Of a stretch of DNA of 64,000 bases, positions 57,220 to 64,000 are shown piece by piece; position 1 is the first letter of the stretch, and each line of letters begins with the position of its first letter. Position numbers and translations under genes: made by a program. The stretch covers positions 1,184,001-1,248,000 of the forward strand of contig OY729428.2 in assembly GCA_963422375.2 (NCBI GenBank), read 5' to 3'. The stretch comes from Bryobacterales bacterium. Lineage in GTDB: Bacteria; Acidobacteriota; Terriglobia; Bryobacterales; UBA6623. Under the pieces are notes generated by a model. It made no database searches and had not been told where the DNA came from. It worked only from the letters and a program-made list of their open reading frames with translations.

Positions 57220-59877
57220 ATGGCAAAGCACGTGTATTCCTTCGGCGGATCGAAGACCGAAGGCAACAAGTCGATGCGCGACACGCTCGGCGGCAAGGGC
57301 GCCAACCTCGCGGAAATGGCGCTGGCCGGCGTCCCCGTTCCGCCCGGCTTCACGGTATCCACGCAGGTCTGCAACATGTACCTCGCGGGAGGGAACCGTG
57401 TCCCCGACAGTGTCGAGGAGGAGATGGCGGATGCACTGCAGCACCTCGAGTCGGAGATGGGCAAGACCCTTGGCAACCCAGCAGACCCGCTGCTGCTGTC
57501 CGTCCGCTCCGGGTCGAAGTTCTCCATGCCCGGCATGATGGACACCATCCTGAATCTAGGACTGAACGACCGCGCTACCGAAGGGCTGGCCGCTCTCAGC
57601 GGCAAGGGGACCTTCGCGCTCGACTGCTATCGGCGATTCATCATGATGTTCGCCGATGTCGTCATGGGCGTCTCGAAAGGCCAGTTCGAGGAAATCCTGG
57701 AAGGCATCAAGGAAGCCTCCGGTGCCGAGAACGACATGGACCTGAACGAGGAGCAGCTGCGCGAGGTGGTCTCGGCGTTCAAGGCCCACTACAAGAAGTC
57801 CCTCGGAGACGACTTCCCGCAGGATGCTCGCGAGCAGCTCAAGCTGGCCCGGGACGCGGTCTTCCGCTCTTGGGACAACCCCCGGGCCAACCACTACCGG
57901 CGGATGAATGACATCCCCCACGACCTCGGGACGGCCGTGAACGTCCAAGCCATGGTGTTCGGCAACCTAGGCGAGACCTCCGCGACGGGCGTGGGGTTCA
58001 CCCGCGACCCGGCTACCGGCAAGAACGAGTTCTACGGCGAGTTCCTAACGAACGCCCAAGGCGAGGACGTCGTCGCCGGCATCCGCACGCCCCGGCCAAT
58101 CCAAGAGCTGCAGCAGGTCCTGCCGCAGGCTTACGGCGAGCTGCGCTCGATCACGGCCCAACTCGAGAGGCACTACCGCGACGTGCAGGACTTCGAGTTC
58201 ACAATCCAAGAAGGCAAGCTGTTCATGCTGCAGACGCGCAACGGCAAGCGGACGGGTGCCGCCGCGGTCAAGTTCGCGGTCGACATGGTGGACGAGGGAC
58301 TGATCAGCGACCGCGAAGCGGTGATGCGCGTCGAGCCGCAGCATCTCGACCAGCTGCTCCACCCGGTCATCGAGCCGTCGTCAAAGGCGCAGCTCGCAAC
58401 GCTGACTGTCGGACTGCCCGCATCGCCCGGAGCGGCCGTGGGGCGCATCGTGTTCACGGCGGACGCGGCCGTCGAGGAAGCCGAGCGGGGCAAACCGGTC
58501 GTGCTGGTGCGCGCGGAGACAACGCCGGAGGACATTCACGGCATGGAAGCCGCCAAGGGCATCCTGACGTCGCGAGGGGGCATGACGTCCCACGCGGCAG
58601 TCGTGGCGCGCGGCATGGGCTCGCCGTGCGTAGCCGGTGCGGGCGAGGTGAACGTGGACGCCAAGGGCGGGCGGATCTCCTGCAACGGGCAGGTGCTGGG
58701 AAGGGGCGACTGGATCTCGATCGACGGCTCCACCGGGGAGGTCTTGGCCGGCAAGGCGGCCACCATCGAGCCCGATCCAGCCTCGGGCGACTTCGCTCGG
58801 TACATGGAGTATGTTGACAAGCACCGCATGGCGAGAGTGCGCGCCAACGCCGAGACGCCGCGCGACGCGCGCATGGCCCGGATCTTCGGGGCCGAGGGCA
58901 TCGGCCTGTGCCGGACGGAACACATGTTCTTCGAGCCCGAGCGCATCGGGCACGTCCGCCAGATGATCCTCGCCGAAGACGCAGAGACCCGCGCGGAGGC
59001 GCTGGCCAGCCTGCTGCCGATGCAAAGGAAGGACTTCGAGGAGCTGTTCGAGGTCATGGACGGCTACCCCGTGATCGTGCGCACGCTGGATCCTCCGCTG
59101 CACGAATTCCTGCCGAAGCGCGAGGAGCTTATGGTGGAGCTCGCCCAACTGCGCGGATCGAAGGAAGACCACTCGCGGCAGAAAGAAATCGGGAGCCTGC
59201 TAGAGCGCGTCGAGGAGCTGCACGAGTTCAACCCGATGCTGGGTCACCGCGGCTGCCGCCTCGGCATCACCTTCCCGGAAATCACGGAGATGCAGGCTCA
59301 GGCGATCTTCGAGGCTGCTGTCAGCTGCGCCGCGCGGGGCATTAACGCGATTCCCGAGGTGATGATCCCGCTAGTCGGGAACCACAAGGAACTGGAGAAC
59401 CAGAAGAAGATCGTCACTGACACGGCCGAGCGGGTCTTCCGCGAGGCGGGCAGGGAGGTCCACTACAAGGTCGGAACGATGATCGAGGTGCCGCGCGGCG
59501 CGCTGACCGCCGACGAGATCGCCCGTCACGCGGAATTCTTCAGTTTCGGCACCAACGACCTGACGCAGACCACGTTCGGCTTCAGCCGGGACGATTCCGG
59601 CACGTTCGTCAAGGCCTACATGGACCACGGCATCATCGACAACGATCCGTTCCAGGTGCTGGACGAGACGGGCGTGGGGCAGCTGATCAAGATCGCGCTC
59701 GAGAAGGGCCGCGCCACCCGCCCCGGCTTGGAGGTCGGAATCTGCGGGGAGCACGGAGGCGAGCCGAAGTCCGTGACGTTCTGCGTGCTTGCGGGGCTGG
59801 ACTACGTGAGCTGCTCGCCGTACCGCGTGCCGATCGCCCGCCTCGCCGCAGCCCAGGCCGCGATCGCATCCGCCTGA
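57220..59877 (+). CDS. ppdK: Pyruvate, phosphate dikinase
   Basis: LGGKGANLAEM, LLSVRSG..SMPGMMDT, GEDVVAGIRTP, GGMTSHAAVVARG (phospho-His), GIGLCRTEHMF, FGTNDLTQ, GICGEHGG. Confidence 0.98.
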   Translation: MAKHVYSFGGSKTEGNKSMRDTLGGKGANLAEMALAGVPVPPGFTVSTQVCNMYLAGGNRVPDSVEEEMADALQHLESEMGKTLGNPADPLLLSVRSGSKFSMPGMMDTILNLGLNDRATEGLAALSGKGTFALDCYRRFIMMFADVVMGVSKGQFEEILEGIKEASGAENDMDLNEEQLREVVSAFKAHYKKSLGDDFPQDAREQLKLARDAVFRSWDNPRANHYRRMNDIPHDLGTAVNVQAMVFGNLGETSATGVGFTRDPATGKNEFYGEFLTNAQGEDVVAGIRTPRPIQELQQVLPQAYGELRSITAQLERHYRDVQDFEFTIQEGKLFMLQTRNGKRTGAAAVKFAVDMVDEGLISDREAVMRVEPQHLDQLLHPVIEPSSKAQLATLTVGLPASPGAAVGRIVFTADAAVEEAERGKPVVLVRAETTPEDIHGMEAAKGILTSRGGMTSHAAVVARGMGSPCVAGAGEVNVDAKGGRISCNGQVLGRGDWISIDGSTGEVLAGKAATIEPDPASGDFARYMEYVDKHRMARVRANAETPRDARMARIFGAEGIGLCRTEHMFFEPERIGHVRQMILAEDAETRAEALASLLPMQRKDFEELFEVMDGYPVIVRTLDPPLHEFLPKREELMVELAQLRGSKEDHSRQKEIGSLLERVEELHEFNPMLGHRGCRLGITFPEITEMQAQAIFEAAVSCAARGINAIPEVMIPLVGNHKELENQKKIVTDTAERVFREAGREVHYKVGTMIEVPRGALTADEIARHAEFFSFGTNDLTQTTFGFSRDDSGTFVKAYMDHGIIDNDPFQVLDETGVGQLIKIALEKGRATRPGLEVGICGEHGGEPKSVTFCVLAGLDYVSCSPYRVPIARLAAAQAAIASA

Positions 59878-60229
59878 AGCAGCACCTCCCCGGAGGGGAC
59901 TCCGAGCGGAAGCTCCGCGCCGGCGGCCGGCGACAAACGCGTCAAGCGGATCGGGGTGAGATCCTGCCGGCGTGTTTCCAGATCCCGCACCGTTCTCGGT
60001 CTCGGGACGGGCCGACCCGAGCGACGCAAGAGACACGCGCGGGAGGGATCCGCCGCACGGCCGCCTCACAAGATCGGGACGGCGGCAGGGCAGGGACCGG
60101 GATCACCGTTCGCGGACGGTGGGGATTGGCCGACCCGGCCGGGCTCCGGTGGTGTGACGGCCTGCCAATCCGAGGACCGACTCCTCCCTTCGGGCATTCG
60201 CCCGGTGCGCCGACCGTCCGGGAGGCTCC

Positions 60230-61963
60230 TCAGCTGGTCATCGACGCTAGGAACTCCGCGTTGTTCCGGGTCTTCGACAGCCGGTCCAGCAGCAGCTCGG
60301 CGGCTTCCACGGTCTGCAGTCCGCTTAGCACCCGGCGCAGCACCCACACCTTGTTCAGCGTCTCCTGCGGGAGCAGCAGCTCCTCCTTGCGAGTGCCGCT
60401 GCGGTTGGTGTCGATGGCCGGAAAGATGCGCTTGTCGACCAGCTTGCGGTCAAGGTGCGCCTCCATGTTCCCGGTGCCCTTGAACTCCTCGAAGATCACC
60501 TCGTCCATGCGGCTGCCGGTATCCACCAAGGCAGTCGCGACGATCGTCAGCGAGCCCCCTTCCTCGATGTTGCGCGCCGCGCCGAAGAATCGCTTCGGGC
60601 GCTGCAGGGCATTGGAATCGACCCCCCCCGAGAGCACCTTGCCCGAGGGCGGAGCGATCGTGTTGTAGGCCCGCGCCAAGCGGGTGATGGAGTCCAGCAG
60701 GATCACCACGTCGCGCTTGTGCTCGACGAGGCGCTTGGCCTTCGCGATGACCATCTCGGCAATATGGACGTGCCGCGAGGCCGGCTCGTCAAACGTCGAG
60801 CTGATCACCTCGCCGCGCACCGAGCGCTGCATGTCGGTAACCTCTTCGGGTCGCTCGTCGATGAGCAGGACGATCAGGAACACGTCGGGCTGGTTGGTCG
60901 TGATCGAGTTCGCGATCGCTTGCAAGAGCATCGTCTTGCCGGTCCGCGGCGGCGACACGATCAGGCCGCGCTGGCCCTTGCCGATCGGGACCAGCAAGTC
61001 CAGGACGCGGCCGCTCAAGTTGTTCTTGTTGGTCTCGAGCTTGAAGCGGCCCTCGGGATAGAGCGGCGTCAGGTTGTCGAACAGAATCTTGGTCTTGGCG
61101 ACCTCCGGCGGCTCGAGATTGACCGCCTGGACCTTCAGGAGGGCGTAGTAGCGCTCGCTCTCCTTCGGCGGCCGCACTTGGCCGGTCACCGTGTCCCCCG
61201 CTCTCAGGCGTTGCCGCCGGATCAGAGCCGGCGAGACGTAGATATCGTCCGGTCCGGGCAGGTAGTTGTACTCCGCGGACCGCAGGAACCCGAAGCCCTC
61301 CGGCATGAGCTCCACCACGCCCTGGGTCAGTATCAGGCCCACGCCTTCCGACTGCGCCTGCAGGATGCCGAATACCAACTCCTGCTTGCGCAAGCCAGCC
61401 GAGGTGTCGAGCCCCAGATCGGTCGCCTTGCGATGCAGCGCGGTGATGCTGAGCTCCTTCAGGGAGACTAGGTCCAAGGGCTGGCCGCCATCGCTTGCCA
61501 TCGCCTCGGCGAGGGCCTGGTACTCGGCCTCTTCGTCCACGTTCTCGGGAGGCTCGAAGTCCCGCGCGCGGCGCTTGGGGCGCTCGCGCCGCGCGCGCGG
61601 CTTGCGCTGCTGCCTCCGCCCCGGACCGGTCGATTCCCCGTCCCCTTCCGCTGCCCGGCGCTCCTCGCCCTGAACCTCGCCATCCCGGAACCGGCTGCGC
61701 CTCCGCGTCCGCGAGGGACCTGCCTCGCCTCCTTCGCGCTTCGCGACGCTCTCGCCTGCCCCGCCGGAGTCGTCTCCGGCTTCCGCGGGAGGCGGCTCGG
61801 ACTGCGCCTCGCCCGCGGCTTGCTTGGTCTCCTCGCCCCGCCTGCGAAATCTCCTCGGGCGGGCCGTTTCCCGCTCTTCCCGGCGCGGCTCTTCCCGGAC
61901 GACCTCGCCGGCACCGTCGGGAGCGCGGGCCTCGTCGTGGGTCTCGGTAGTATCCGAAGGCAT
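60230..61963 (-). CDS. rho: Transcription termination factor Rho with long N-terminal extension
   Basis: [68 protein letters not shown]. Confidence 0.97.
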   Translation of the reverse strand: MPSDTTETHDEARAPDGAGEVVREEPRREERETARPRRFRRRGEETKQAAGEAQSEPPPAEAGDDSGGAGESVAKREGGEAGPSRTRRRSRFRDGEVQGEERRAAEGDGESTGPGRRQQRKPRARRERPKRRARDFEPPENVDEEAEYQALAEAMASDGGQPLDLVSLKELSITALHRKATDLGLDTSAGLRKQELVFGILQAQSEGVGLILTQGVVELMPEGFGFLRSAEYNYLPGPDDIYVSPALIRRQRLRAGDTVTGQVRPPKESERYYALLKVQAVNLEPPEVAKTKILFDNLTPLYPEGRFKLETNKNNLSGRVLDLLVPIGKGQRGLIVSPPRTGKTMLLQAIANSITTNQPDVFLIVLLIDERPEEVTDMQRSVRGEVISSTFDEPASRHVHIAEMVIAKAKRLVEHKRDVVILLDSITRLARAYNTIAPPSGKVLSGGVDSNALQRPKRFFGAARNIEEGGSLTIVATALVDTGSRMDEVIFEEFKGTGNMEAHLDRKLVDKRIFPAIDTNRSGTRKEELLLPQETLNKVWVLRRVLSGLQTVEAAELLLDRLSKTRNNAEFLASMTS

Positions 61964-62012
61964 TGATCACCTCGTTCGAGCCGCGCGACGCGCGCTCTTC
62001 CGGCGACTGGAA

Positions 62013-62615
62013 CTATGCGGCGAGAGCCAAATCGATGGCCCGCCAAAGCTGCTGCACGCCCTCCCCCGTCACTGCCGAGAACGGGATCAGGGGGGCGAAA
62101 CTCTCTTGGATGGAGCGTACCGAGCGCAACCGCGCCGCTAGCCTTAGCTTATCCGATTTCGTGGCCGCGACGCAGTGCGCCTGCCCGGCGTACTCCAGCC
62201 ACGCCTTCATCTCCCGGTCCAAGTCGGTCGGACCGTGACGGATATCGACAAGCAGCACCACCAGCTTCAGCGGCTCGCGCGATTCGAGGTAGGACTCGGC
62301 CAGGCGCTTCCAGCGCTGCCGCTCCCGGTCCGAGACCGCGGCGTAGCCGTAGCCCGGCAGGTCCGCGAAATACAGCCGCCGGTCGATCCGAAAGAAGTTG
62401 ACCGCCCGGGTGCGCCCGGGCGTCTGCCCGGTCCTGGCCAAGGCCTTGCGGCCGACCGCCTGCCCGGCTCCGACCCGCTTGCCGGACCGCAGCAGGAGGG
62501 CGTTCAGCAGGCTGGACTTGCCAACGTTGCTGCGCCCGGCGAACGCCACCTCGGGGAGCCGGTCGCGCGGGAAGTGGCCGGGGCCACGAGCGCTCGCGAC
62601 GAACTCGACCGGCAT
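62013..62615 (-). CDS. engB: Ribosome biogenesis GTPase YihA/YsxC
   Basis: AGRSNVGKSSL, TPGRT, DLPGYGYA, TKSDK; downstream of lon. Confidence 0.95.
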   Translation of the reverse strand: MPVEFVASARGPGHFPRDRLPEVAFAGRSNVGKSSLLNALLLRSGKRVGAGQAVGRKALARTGQTPGRTRAVNFFRIDRRLYFADLPGYGYAAVSDRERQRWKRLAESYLESREPLKLVVLLVDIRHGPTDLDREMKAWLEYAGQAHCVAATKSDKLRLAARLRSVRSIQESFAPLIPFSAVTGEGVQQLWRAIDLALAA

Positions 62616-62637
62616 CGCGCTCGGCCGACAGGCGGCG

Positions 62638-64000
<1,363 letters not shown>

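Noticed and set aside
59878..60229. ncRNA or small gene between convergent ppdK and rho
   Set aside because: Only GC-rich hairpins without U tails or a recognisable family; the short ORFs lack coding signal.

Overview
GC-rich (~69-70%) bacterial chromosome segment, probably Acidobacteriota (Bryobacterales-like). This is an inference from two carboxypeptidase-regulatory-domain TonB receptors, Tat-exported Gfo/Idh/MocA and SelA-like proteins, DUF1080 and a sulfatase. Intact housekeeping loci: ffs(SRP RNA)-dnaX-ybaB-recR, tesA/ybbA, lpxC, glyQS, ppdK, lon-engB-rho. Metabolic/transport genes: sulfatase, haloalkane-dehalogenase-like hydrolase, ActP/DUF485, PSE exporter, osmoprotectant-type ABC, SSS and DASS transporters, GlcE, and a sulfite/nitrite reductase with a HEPN-like tail. 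A complete ATP-grasp/alpha-E/Anbu-like peptidase/transglutaminase operon is present. Between these sit defence-like modules, nearly all decayed or catalytically eroded: (i) a Dam-like methyltransferase pseudogene; (ii) an AT-rich two-gene DUF1828 cassette split by a dead IS1595 element with an adjacent deletion; (iii) an ABC-ATPase with a degenerate TOPRIM-like domain, convergent with a 1971-aa DUF4011/SF1-helicase/Vsr-like protein; (iv) an AT-rich HATPase-STAS-PIN triad remnant abutting a broken type IIG-like restriction-modification gene. No CRISPR array, tRNA or rRNA was seen. Family names come from motif recognition by eye and need HMM confirmation.
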